From: Chlamydiales bacterium
Lineage (GTDB): Bacteria > Chlamydiota > Chlamydiia > Chlamydiales > JAAKFR01
Length of the DNA stretch: 32,000 nt
Direction: 5' to 3'
Assembly: GCA_041395025.1 (NCBI GenBank)
Contig: JAWLBH010000001.1
Location: 1,287,053 to 1,319,052 of the forward strand
Shown: piece by piece, positions 8,208-16,189 of the stretch
How the letters are laid out: every line of letters starts with the position of its first letter
Position numbering within the stretch: position 1 is the first letter of the stretch
Notes under the pieces: model-generated
Databases searched by the model: none
Seen by the model: the letters and a program-made list of their open reading frames with translations, nothing else
Told to the model about the DNA's origin: nothing
Position numbers and translations under genes: made by a program

Positions 8208-8965
8208 ATTTCTAGTAGAGTTTCAATAGCTTTAAAACCAACTTCTGATAGGTTCTCTGTTTCTTCAGTGACATAAGTCTTGATATGATTTTCAATCACA
8301 TTAGGATTTTTTTCTTGGCTGTATTTCAAAATGAAGGGTTGTATTGAAAAAAAATTTCTGTGTGCATAAGCAAGAGACTGACGTAGTATTTTGATAATAT
8401 TTTCCTTATCAGGACATGTATGATGAATGGCTAGACCTCCTAAAGGGAGAGGTAGTTGAAAGCGTTGATACCAGAGTTTACCAAGGTCAGTAATCTCGAA
8501 GAGCTGCATTGAAGAATAGGTGAAACAAGTTTCGTGAATCACCACACCACAATCAACACTACCATGATTGATCAAGTCTATGACTTCATGATATAAGCAA
8601 AATTTTTTTTTACTTATCATCGGTAGAAATTTTTTTATCAGCAAATGGGCTGTTGTCTCTTCGCCAGGAATAGCGATCCGTTTTTCTGATATTTCATCGA
8701 TGGAAAAAGGAGTCTTTGATAGAACTTTTGGACCACAGTCGAATCCAAATGCTGATCCAATGGGGAGGAGTTGGTAGTGATCACATACATTTTTAAAACA
8801 ATTAAAAGAAATTTTAATCAAAGGATAGTCTCCTCGATAAGCTAATTGATTTAAATGCTGAATATCTGCGAGAAGGACCTTAGGAGGAGGAGAGATTAAT
8901 CCTTTCATCCAGCCATAAAATAAATATATATCATTAGGACACGGAGAGATGGCGATCTTTATCAT
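8159..8965 (-). CDS. mqnD: 1,4-dihydroxy-6-naphthoate synthase (menaquinone via futalosine, VitK2_biosynth family)
   Basis: 268 aa. SPCPND near the N-terminus, plus IHETCFTY, LPLPLGG and HIKTYVT. These line up with my recollection of Thermus MqnD (SPCPNDTF, IHESRFTY, LPLPLG, HVHTYVN). Confidence 0.82.
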   Translation of the reverse strand: MIKIAISPCPNDIYLFYGWMKGLISPPPKVLLADIQHLNQLAYRGDYPLIKISFNCFKNVCDHYQLLPIGSAFGFDCGPKVLSKTPFSIDEISEKRIAIPGEETTAHLLIKKFLPMISKKKFCLYHEVIDLINHGSVDCGVVIHETCFTYSSMQLFEITDLGKLWYQRFQLPLPLGGLAIHHTCPDKENIIKILRQSLAYAHRNFFSIQPFILKYSQEKNPNVIENHIKTYVTEETENLSEVGFKAIETLLEICLEKYLYLPQRLKHT

Positions 8966-9076
8966 GAAACTTGTTGTTCTTTGAAAAGAGTTTTAAAAGT
9001 TGTCAGATTCTTTACAAATTACATTGAAAACCATTTAAATGAAAATCTCTTCTTTTACTCAAAATAAAATAATTTT

Positions 9077-9769
9077 TTATAATGCATGCATTTTTTCAAT
9101 TGCAGATTTTAGTTCAGTATTTTCAGGCTTATCAAATGCGCCTTGATTTTTTAGCCATTTTAAATAGGACACTGGGACTTCACTTAGAGGTTTTCCTTGA
9201 TATTTTCCAAAAGGCATCGTATCGCTTTTTTTTTCCTCATCGAGTAAATCTAATACGATTTCGGGTAATAAATCATCGATCATGACAGTGAAAATCTGAT
9301 AGAGAGTCATAACATCATCCAAAGCACGGTGAGCATTATTCATATTAAATCCGTAAATCTGACGTAGAAATTGCAGATTATGGCGTGGTAAGTCAGGACG
9401 GTATTTACGAGCCCATTTCAAAGAATCAACCATATCGTAATTAAGTAGTTCAATTTGATTTCGTTTAAATTCTTGAATCAGAAAATGTTTATCAAAATTC
9501 TCATTGTTATGTGCCACGAGAATAGTGTCTTCATTACAAAAGGCTAGAAATGCATTTCCTACTTCAGCAAAAGAGGGGGCTTGAGCTACCATATCATTCG
9601 TAATCCCATGGATATCAGAAGCTTCTTTAGGAATAGGGATTCCAGGATTCACAAGCTTTGAAAAGGTACGCTCTGTTGTTGGATCATAGGCCGCGATCTC
9701 GACAATACGATCTTTATCAGGCCTTATTCCAGTCGTTTCAGTATCGTAATAAATAAAATGCTTAGGAAT
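9077..9769 (-). CDS. DEDDh 3'-5' exonuclease (DnaQ/epsilon-like) with a C-terminal DUF3820-like tail; 5' boundary unresolved
   Basis: The ORF-track start is a GTG at 9650-9652. The same frame stays open upstream to 9787 and encodes KHFIYYDTETTGIRPDKDRIVEIAAYD, the Exo I motif. Exo II (VAHNNENFD) and Exo III (HRALDDV) lie downstream. C-terminal tail: MPFGKYQGKPLSEVPVSYLKWL. The extension has no ATG/GTG/TTG; I placed the end at an in-frame ATT (9767-9769). Confidence 0.75.
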   Translation of the reverse strand: MPKHFIYYDTETTGIRPDKDRIVEIAAYDPTTERTFSKLVNPGIPIPKEASDIHGITNDMVAQAPSFAEVGNAFLAFCNEDTILVAHNNENFDKHFLIQEFKRNQIELLNYDMVDSLKWARKYRPDLPRHNLQFLRQIYGFNMNNAHRALDDVMTLYQIFTVMIDDLLPEIVLDLLDEEKKSDTMPFGKYQGKPLSEVPVSYLKWLKNQGAFDKPENTELKSAIEKMHAL

Positions 9770-9818
9770 TTTTAACTCATTGGGTTTTTAAACAATCATT
9801 CATCTTAATGCTTATCTC

Positions 9819-9836
9819 TGTGATTCTGCAATCACA
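9819..9836. promoter_or_regulatory. Perfect palindrome TGTGATT-ctgc-AATCACA between the export-gate operon and the dnaQ-like gene
   Basis: 7-bp arms with a 4-nt centre, read directly from the sequence. It lies 57 nt downstream of the lipoprotein ORF stop and about 50 nt upstream of the dnaQ-like coding frame. No U-run follows on the minus strand. Confidence 0.25.
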
Positions 9837-9892
9837 CACTATGGATAAAAAACCAATATACACTTTTAATAGGTTATTATCTTTTAATTCTA

Positions 9893-10045
9893 TTATCTCC
9901 CTGGAATCAGTGATCGGGGTTTTTCACCTGTAACATGAGGGTTATTTGTATTAGGCAGCGTTGAAATAGAATCGTTATTTGGCATTTTATAGATACAACT
10001 AGTGAGGGTAAAAAGGATAGTAAGAGAGAGAAGACTCAGTTTCAT
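9893..10045 (-). CDS. Small predicted lipoprotein (50 aa), absent from the ORF track
   Basis: MKLSLLSLTILFTLTSCIYKMPNNDSISTLPNTNNPHVTGEKPRSLIPGR. Signal peptide ends in the lipobox L-T-S-C. A partial SD (AAGG) lies 6 nt upstream of the ATG. The ORF starts 46 nt downstream of the sctT stop on the same strand. Confidence 0.45.
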   Translation of the reverse strand: MKLSLLSLTILFTLTSCIYKMPNNDSISTLPNTNNPHVTGEKPRSLIPGR

Positions 10046-10091
10046 AACAAACCTTAATTTTAGTGAGGACATTAATCAATAGAAAAGATAA

Positions 10092-10838
10092 TCACAATGA
10101 AAAAAGAGCTTTTTTTGCAATTGCAATGATTTCATTAAATGCTCCTTGTAAAATTTGACTAAAAAATCCTCCTGTAACAGCAATGATTGTCAGTCCAACA
10201 AAGATTTGGATTGGAAATCCGTTCCAAAAGATATGTAAGAAAGGGAAAAAACGGGCCAAAATAGCAAAAGAAGAGATCAAGATTAGGAGAAAAATCATTG
10301 GAAAAAGTGCATATGAGAGGCCTTGTATAAAAAGTTTTCCAAAGGCTTCAGTGAATCCCGTGATAAGATGAAAAGAAAAAACAAAATGGCTCTCGTATAA
10401 CAAACGTAGTACAACATGATGAAAGTCAAGAGAAAAGAAAATAGTGAAAACTGTGGTCATAAAAAAATAAGACATAAGAGGATACTCATTATGAGATAAA
10501 GGATTGAGAATTTCATAAGCAGAAAACCCTCCTAATGTTCCAATAATTTGTCCAGCAAAAGCAGCTGCTTGAAAGATTAGAGAGCAAAGAAAACCGATCA
10601 GATAACCGATCATCGCCTCACGCATGATTTGCATAGCTAAAAGGAGAGGATGATCTGGTATAAGTCTCGACTGAACAAAGAAGGGTGGAAAAAGAATAAG
10701 AGAAGAGGATAGGGCCAGCCCAATACGGATCCATAAAGAGATATTGTGTTTATGGAAAAAAGGAGAAAAGAGAAAAAATCCTATACTACGAGAAAATAGA
10801 AGCAAGAAAGGTAAAAATTCATTGGATATAATTGACAA
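10092..10838 (-). CDS. sctT: Type III secretion export-apparatus protein, SctT/FliR family
   Basis: 248 aa polytopic membrane protein with FliR/YscT-like layout (RSIGFFLFSPFF..., AFAGQIIG, LNPLS...). It overlaps the S gene by 20 nt. Confidence 0.9.
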   Translation of the reverse strand: MSIISNEFLPFLLLFSRSIGFFLFSPFFHKHNISLWIRIGLALSSSLILFPPFFVQSRLIPDHPLLLAMQIMREAMIGYLIGFLCSLIFQAAAFAGQIIGTLGGFSAYEILNPLSHNEYPLMSYFFMTTVFTIFFSLDFHHVVLRLLYESHFVFSFHLITGFTEAFGKLFIQGLSYALFPMIFLLILISSFAILARFFPFLHIFWNGFPIQIFVGLTIIAVTGGFFSQILQGAFNEIIAIAKKALFSL

Positions 10839-11109
10839 GTGAGGAGACCTTATCCCATTGGTGAATCAAAAGATTGTTTGTGAACTTAGTAAGAATTTTA
10901 AGTATCCATGGAAAAAATAGTGTTAAAGCAAACGCAAGGAGAAGGATTTTTGGAACAAACGTTAAGGTCATCTCTTGGATTTGTGTAATCGACTGAATCA
11001 GTGAAATGATTAAACCAACAATCATGGCTAGAAGAAGAAAAGGGGTGCTAATTTCAATTGCTGTATAAAGCGTTTGACGTACGATGTATGTGATTTGCTC
11101 TGGTGTCAT
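10819..11109 (-). CDS. sctS: Type III secretion export-apparatus protein, SctS/FliQ family
   Basis: 96 aa with two TM segments. The core LIQSITQIQEMTLTFVPKIL matches the FliQ/YscS signature; MTPE... and EMTL resemble FliQ. Confidence 0.9.
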   Translation of the reverse strand: MTPEQITYIVRQTLYTAIEISTPFLLLAMIVGLIISLIQSITQIQEMTLTFVPKILLLAFALTLFFPWILKILTKFTNNLLIHQWDKVSSLVNYIQ

Positions 11110-11142
11110 TTTAGAAATACTTATTTAAATTTGAAGGTCGAT

Positions 11143-11766
11143 TCATTGATAGCCTCCAACAATTTGTTGTACCACAAGTCTCCATCCATCGACTACCACA
11201 AAGAAGAGGATTTTAAAAGGGAATGAGATCATGACTGGTGGAAGCATTACCATTCCCATCGACATCAATAATGAGGTAATGACCATATCAATCACAAGAA
11301 AGGGTAAAAATAGTAGAAAACCAAGCATAAAAGCAGTGCGAAGTTCAGAGAGGACAAACCCAGGAATCACGCAATACCAAGGAATTTCATCTAATTTATT
11401 ATTCATTAGTTTAATACGAGCCATATCTAAGAAAAGCTCTAAATCTTTCTCACGAGTATGGTAAATCATAAATGTTCTTAAGGGAGGCCATGCCTTTTCC
11501 AGGATTTTTTCATAAGGGGTTTCTTTCTCTTGTATATAAGGAGTAATGGCTTTTTCGTAGATTTCTGTAATGACTGGATGCATGATATATCCTGTCAAAA
11601 TCAAAGAGAGGCCAATAATAATTTGTGAGGAGGGAACAGATGTACTTAATGCCTGACGTAAAAATGTCAAAACAATCGAAATACGAGTAAATGATGTCAT
11701 GAGAATAAATACAAAAGGGATAAGAATGAGAAAAAGAGTAGAACCAACAAGATAAGGGTTATTCAC
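11143..11766 (-). CDS. sctR: Type III secretion export-apparatus protein, SctR/FliP family
   Basis: 207 aa. MTSFTRISIVLTFLRQAL, HTREKDLELF, VLSELRTAF, LPFLVIDMVITSLLMSMGM and FKILFFVVVDGW are FliP/YscR family signatures. Confidence 0.92.
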   Translation of the reverse strand: MNNPYLVGSTLFLILIPFVFILMTSFTRISIVLTFLRQALSTSVPSSQIIIGLSLILTGYIMHPVITEIYEKAITPYIQEKETPYEKILEKAWPPLRTFMIYHTREKDLELFLDMARIKLMNNKLDEIPWYCVIPGFVLSELRTAFMLGFLLFLPFLVIDMVITSLLMSMGMVMLPPVMISFPFKILFFVVVDGWRLVVQQIVGGYQ

Positions 11767-11807
11767 ATATTTTCCAAAATTCTCGATTCGGAAAAAGATC
11801 CAATCGA

Positions 11808-12233
11808 TTAATTATTCTTAGAGGCTAGTTTTTTTAATCTTTTTATCAAGGGTTCTTTAGTCAGGCTTTTTTCTTGACTGTATTCAGTCATTTTCTCCTC
11901 TATTTTGATATCAGGAGGTAGTTGAGTCACGAGTTGAATTCCAGCTTGTGATTCAGCAATTAATACACCTGTACCGAAAACATCAATTAAATAAAGAGAA
12001 GATTTTGAGTTTAATGCACGTCGTTCAAGAATTTTAATTCCAGTTGAACGATTAAGATGAGCAATACGCGAACGCATTAACCATTTCATGATATAAACAC
12101 TCACAAAAATCAAAATGAGAATCAGTCCTAACATGGTTAACATATTTATAAACTGCCCCCAGTAATCGTAGCTTTGTCCCACAACTTCTTCAGACACTGT
12201 TTCAGTTACCAAACCTGTTCCTAAAAAAACCAT
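11808..12233 (-). CDS. FliO-like bitopic membrane protein heading the R/S/T operon
   Basis: 141 aa. AAGGAG SD lies 7 nt upstream. Single TM (MLTMLGLILILIFVSVYIMKWL), then GIKILERRALNSKSSLYLIDVFGTGVLIAESQAGIQLVTQLPP. This aligns with the Salmonella FliO core as I recall it (GLKISASASLGARERVVVVDVEDARLVLGVTAGQINLLHKLPP). Basic C-terminal tail. Confidence 0.6.
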   Translation of the reverse strand: MVFLGTGLVTETVSEEVVGQSYDYWGQFINMLTMLGLILILIFVSVYIMKWLMRSRIAHLNRSTGIKILERRALNSKSSLYLIDVFGTGVLIAESQAGIQLVTQLPPDIKIEEKMTEYSQEKSLTKEPLIKRLKKLASKNN

Positions 12234-12338
12234 CTTTTAACTCCTTATATCAAAAAAAAAAAATAAATTCATAGAATCAGTCTATCTTTCTTTTTATAAA
12301 TTTTCTATCTTAGTAAAAATTTAAGATTAGGATAGATA

Positions 12339-13169
12339 ATGCAAGAATTTAAGGGAATTATTGCCCTTGATATTGATGGAACAATTACGATTGATAAGTC
12401 TCAGATTCATGAAAAAGTGCAAGATTTTCTTAATTTTTTAATAGAAGATGGATGGCAGTTAATTTTTTTAACCGGAAGGATGTTCTCTTTTGCCTATCCA
12501 GTGTTATCAAAATTAAAAGGAGAATATTATCTTGCTGTACAAAATGGGGCTGCTCTTTATAAAATGCCTCTTATCCAACTGGTTAAAAAACATTATCTAC
12601 CGATTCATCTTCTTACCAAACTTCCTAGAAATATTGTGATTGAATCAGGAAAAGAAAATGATGATCTTTGCTATTATTGTCCAATGGATTTTAGGAGAGA
12701 AGAATTAGAATTGATTCACTCTCGAATCTCTTTTTTTCCTGAAAAATGGGTTGTAGTTCATGGATTTGAGAATTTAGACATTACAGATTTTGCGGTTGGA
12801 AAATATTTTGGTGATAAAAGAAAAGTGAATGTTTTTATAAAAAAAATGAATCAATTTACAGAACTACGTACTCAACTAATACGTGATCCCTTCAAGCTAG
12901 ACCAATACATCATTTTTCTCAATCATATTCAGGCATCAAAAGGAAATATACTTGCAGCTTTTCAACAATTTTATCCCTCTAACTTACCTGTGATTAGTGC
13001 AGGCAATGACTTAAATGATTTAGATATGTTACAAAGAAGCACTTTTAAGATTGTCATGCCTGATGCTCCTGAAGAGCTGAAAAATCTAGCCCATTTAATA
13101 GCTCCTCCAGTAGAAAATTTTGGAATTATTGATGCCATTAAAGAGATAATAGACAGGAATTTTTTTTAA
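12339..13169 (+). CDS. HAD-superfamily hydrolase, Cof-type (subfamily IIB) phosphatase
   Basis: 276 aa. Motif I ALDIDGTIT, a cap domain, and motif IV SAGNDLNDLDML. Confidence 0.85.
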   Translation: MQEFKGIIALDIDGTITIDKSQIHEKVQDFLNFLIEDGWQLIFLTGRMFSFAYPVLSKLKGEYYLAVQNGAALYKMPLIQLVKKHYLPIHLLTKLPRNIVIESGKENDDLCYYCPMDFRREELELIHSRISFFPEKWVVVHGFENLDITDFAVGKYFGDKRKVNVFIKKMNQFTELRTQLIRDPFKLDQYIIFLNHIQASKGNILAAFQQFYPSNLPVISAGNDLNDLDMLQRSTFKIVMPDAPEELKNLAHLIAPPVENFGIIDAIKEIIDRNFF

Positions 13170-13192
13170 ACCCATCTTTCTATCGGTGATTT

Positions 13193-13549
13193 ATGAATGG
13201 GATCATTAAGATTGAAGATTTTCGCATTCAATGTATCATAGGAGTGCATGCTCATGAACGCATTAATACGCAAGAACTGTCTCTTGATTTATCTATGAAA
13301 ATTAATTTAACTGAAGCTACTAAAAGTGATTCAATTACTGATACTGTAGATTACCAAAAAGTGTGTATCATATGTGCGCAATTAGCCCAATCTCGGGCTT
13401 ATCATTTGATTGAAACTTTTGCTTATGAGGCTCTTGAAGCAGTTTCTGCAAAATTTCCTTTGATATGGATAAAAGTATGTGTCCGCAAGAAGCAAACCCT
13501 CCCTTTTCTTTACTCTGCTGCTGTGGAATTTGAAAGGGGAAAAGAATGA
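13193..13549 (+). CDS. folB: Dihydroneopterin aldolase (FolB/FolX family)
   Basis: 118 aa. Pattern IGVHAHERINTQELSLDLSM...DSITDTVDYQKV is typical of FolB. Confidence 0.82.
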   Translation: MNGIIKIEDFRIQCIIGVHAHERINTQELSLDLSMKINLTEATKSDSITDTVDYQKVCIICAQLAQSRAYHLIETFAYEALEAVSAKFPLIWIKVCVRKKQTLPFLYSAAVEFERGKE

Positions 13550-14268
13550 AACCAATTCTTGTCACTGGTGGAGCTAAGGGTTTGGGTGCTATGCTTTGTA
13601 AGCAATTAGCAGCAAGAGGGCATGAAATCGTGATTCATTTTCATAAAAGTGAACGCGAAGCCGAGTCAACCATGAAGGTTTGTCAGAATCTAGGAGTGAT
13701 GGCTGAAACCATTCAGGGGGATTTTTCTACAACATCTTCTCTAGATCTGTTTACTCAAGAATATTTAGATAGGTTTCCTTCTACAAAAGGAATTGTAAAC
13801 AATGTAGGGAACTATTTAATTTCTTTACCTTCAAAAGTAGAGAAAGAGGATTGGCAATCGCTTTTTCAGACGAATTTTTTTGCACCAGTTTCTCTGATTC
13901 AAAGCATTTTACCTCAATTAAAGCAAGAGAAAGGTAGGATTGTTAACTTAGGAACAAGTGGTCTTTTGCCTATGAAAGCATTTTTAAATATTACAGCTTA
14001 TGCGATCACAAAATCAGCACTTTGGTTATATACACGCTCGCTTGCAAAAGAGTTAGCCAACGATCACATCACTGTGAATATGGTTTCGCCTGGTTTTTTG
14101 GAAACAGCAATTGATTTAGATAAAAATTCAAAATTCGTCCCTATTTTACCTATGGGAAGACCTGCTAAATTGGAAGAGGTAGCTTCAGTTGTAACTTTTT
14201 TTTTCGAACCTGAAAATCAATATATCACAGGACAAAATATAGAAGTCGCTGGTGGCTTTGGATTATAA
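13546..14268 (+). CDS. Short-chain dehydrogenase/reductase (possible pteridine/FolM-like reductase)
   Basis: 240 aa. Cofactor-binding TGGAKGLG, catalytic YAITK (YxxxK), and a PG motif (SPGF). ATGA start/stop overlap with folB. Confidence 0.85.
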   Translation: MKPILVTGGAKGLGAMLCKQLAARGHEIVIHFHKSEREAESTMKVCQNLGVMAETIQGDFSTTSSLDLFTQEYLDRFPSTKGIVNNVGNYLISLPSKVEKEDWQSLFQTNFFAPVSLIQSILPQLKQEKGRIVNLGTSGLLPMKAFLNITAYAITKSALWLYTRSLAKELANDHITVNMVSPGFLETAIDLDKNSKFVPILPMGRPAKLEEVASVVTFFFEPENQYITGQNIEVAGGFGL

Positions 14269-14286
14269 AACTAGTATTGGGAAAGA

Positions 14287-15201
14287 TCATAAGGATTTTT
14301 CAGTAGAGAGCATCTCTGGTCCAACTCCCATAACATGCATCCCGTTATCGACATACAGAGTTACCCCAGTGATTGCACTAGCCAAATTTGAAAGAAGAAA
14401 AGCAGCAACATTTCCAACTTCCATTGCATCCATGGGTTTTGGAAGAGGTGCTCCTTTTTTTGTATAGTCGATCATTTGTTCAATAAATCCAATTGCTTTA
14501 GCAGCTCGACTAGCTAGAGCGCCTGCAGAAATCGTATTTACACGAAGCCCCCATTTACGACCAGCTTCCCATGCTAAAGTACGAGTATCACTTTCAAGGG
14601 CAGCTTTTGCGGAACTCATCCCTCCACCATAACCAGGAATAGTGCGTTCAGAAGCAAGGTAAGTAAGAGATAGGGTGGCTCCTCCTCGATTCATTAGAGG
14701 ACCAAAATGGGCAAGTAGACTCACAAAAGAATAGGCTGATGAGCTCATTGCTGCTAGATAGCCTTGACGACTGGTTTCAAGCAAAGGTTTTTTAATTTCA
14801 GGACCATTTGCAAGAGCATGAACTAAAAAATCAATATTCCCAAAATCTTCTTTGATCTTTTCAGCAGTTTCAGAAATCGTATAACCGATTGTATTTTTAT
14901 AGCGTTTGTTATTTCTAATATCTTCAGGTATGTCTTCTTGTCTATCAAAGCTTGCATCAAGAGGATAAATTTTTTTAAATTCCATGAGTGATCCGTCATG
15001 CAAACGACGAGATTCGTCAAATTTTCCTGAGGTCATTCCATTTGTAAAAATATTTAAAATAGGTGTCCAAGTTCCAACAAGAATTTGAGCGCCAGCTTCA
15101 GCAAGAGCTTTGGCAATTGCCCACCCAAATCCCTGATTATCGCCAATTCCAGCAACAAATGCTTTTTTCCCACTTAGATCAATTTTTAACATCTTATTCA
15201 C
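14287..15201 (-). CDS. fabI: Enoyl-[acyl-carrier-protein] reductase (NADH), plant/chlamydia-type FabI
   Basis: 304 aa. N-terminus [41 protein letters not shown] closely resembles Chlamydia FabI. Active-site region [13 protein letters not shown]. Confidence 0.95.
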   Translation of the reverse strand: MNKMLKIDLSGKKAFVAGIGDNQGFGWAIAKALAEAGAQILVGTWTPILNIFTNGMTSGKFDESRRLHDGSLMEFKKIYPLDASFDRQEDIPEDIRNNKRYKNTIGYTISETAEKIKEDFGNIDFLVHALANGPEIKKPLLETSRQGYLAAMSSSAYSFVSLLAHFGPLMNRGGATLSLTYLASERTIPGYGGGMSSAKAALESDTRTLAWEAGRKWGLRVNTISAGALASRAAKAIGFIEQMIDYTKKGAPLPKPMDAMEVGNVAAFLLSNLASAITGVTLYVDNGMHVMGVGPEMLSTEKSL

Positions 15202-15285
15202 CTAATGAAATTAAAAAGGGCTATTTATAACTAATCAAGATAGATTCCTCAAGAAAAATGGTTGAATAGTCATCAAATCAAAAGA

Positions 15286-16095
15286 TCAGTGATCAAAATT
15301 ATCAATCAATTTTTTCTTCCATCGAATCAAATCATTTGGAAAAGGAGCAGATACTTCATAAGGTCCGAAGGCAAGCTTAGATGCATGTAAAAGTGGTCGG
15401 AAGAGCCCGGGTATTCCTTTTTTATTGCCATATTCACGATCTCCAATGACAGGAGATCCTAGCATTTTCATATGGAGACGAATTTGGTGAGTGCGTCCTG
15501 TAATAGGATGACAGCAGATATAGGAATACTGTCGATTTGACTCCACACATTCCCATTCGGTTGCTGAAAAAACTCCATTCTTAGACATCCCCCATTTTAC
15601 TGCGCCATCACGTGTTTGTATTTTCTTCATTTTCCCCTTAAAAATCCCCTTTTGATCCACAGGGACACCTGACACTAAAAGATGATAAGTTTTTTTGATT
15701 TTTCTTTCTCGGAAAAGGTTTTCATAGGGTATTGGATGATTTTTAGAAAACAAAATTACACCAGTTGTATCACGATCTAGACGGTGAACAAGATTGAGTT
15801 TTAATATCTGCGCGAGATCTGAAGAAGAGATAAAGGCAGGTTTGTTATAAAAAAGAATAGAATCATCTTCAAAAAGAATACGTTGTTGATCTTTAACAAA
15901 GATAGGGTGTTTTTCTGGCCAAACTAGGATTTCGTCTCCTTTTTTCAGATAAGTAGAACAAAAACGTTCAGTATTCCCATTAACGAAGCATCTACCATGC
16001 TCAATAGACCAACGTAGATCTTTTGTTGAAAAATCACAGTGATTTTTTATAAAAGTAAGAAGACGAGTAGAACCCAAAACCTTTAATTTCTTCAT
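15286..16095 (-). CDS. RluA-family 23S rRNA pseudouridine synthase (RluC/RluD-like) with an N-terminal S4-like domain
   Basis: 269 aa. Catalytic motif HRLDRDTTGVILF and the GRTHQIRLH motif. Confidence 0.9.
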   Translation of the reverse strand: MKKLKVLGSTRLLTFIKNHCDFSTKDLRWSIEHGRCFVNGNTERFCSTYLKKGDEILVWPEKHPIFVKDQQRILFEDDSILFYNKPAFISSSDLAQILKLNLVHRLDRDTTGVILFSKNHPIPYENLFRERKIKKTYHLLVSGVPVDQKGIFKGKMKKIQTRDGAVKWGMSKNGVFSATEWECVESNRQYSYICCHPITGRTHQIRLHMKMLGSPVIGDREYGNKKGIPGLFRPLLHASKLAFGPYEVSAPFPNDLIRWKKKLIDNFDH

Positions 16096-16189
16096 GATTA
16101 ATAGAACATTTTATATCATTTTGAACATAAAATGATATTCAAATCGATGGACGATCTTTGTATCCCATAAATGGCATTCTGCATTTTTG

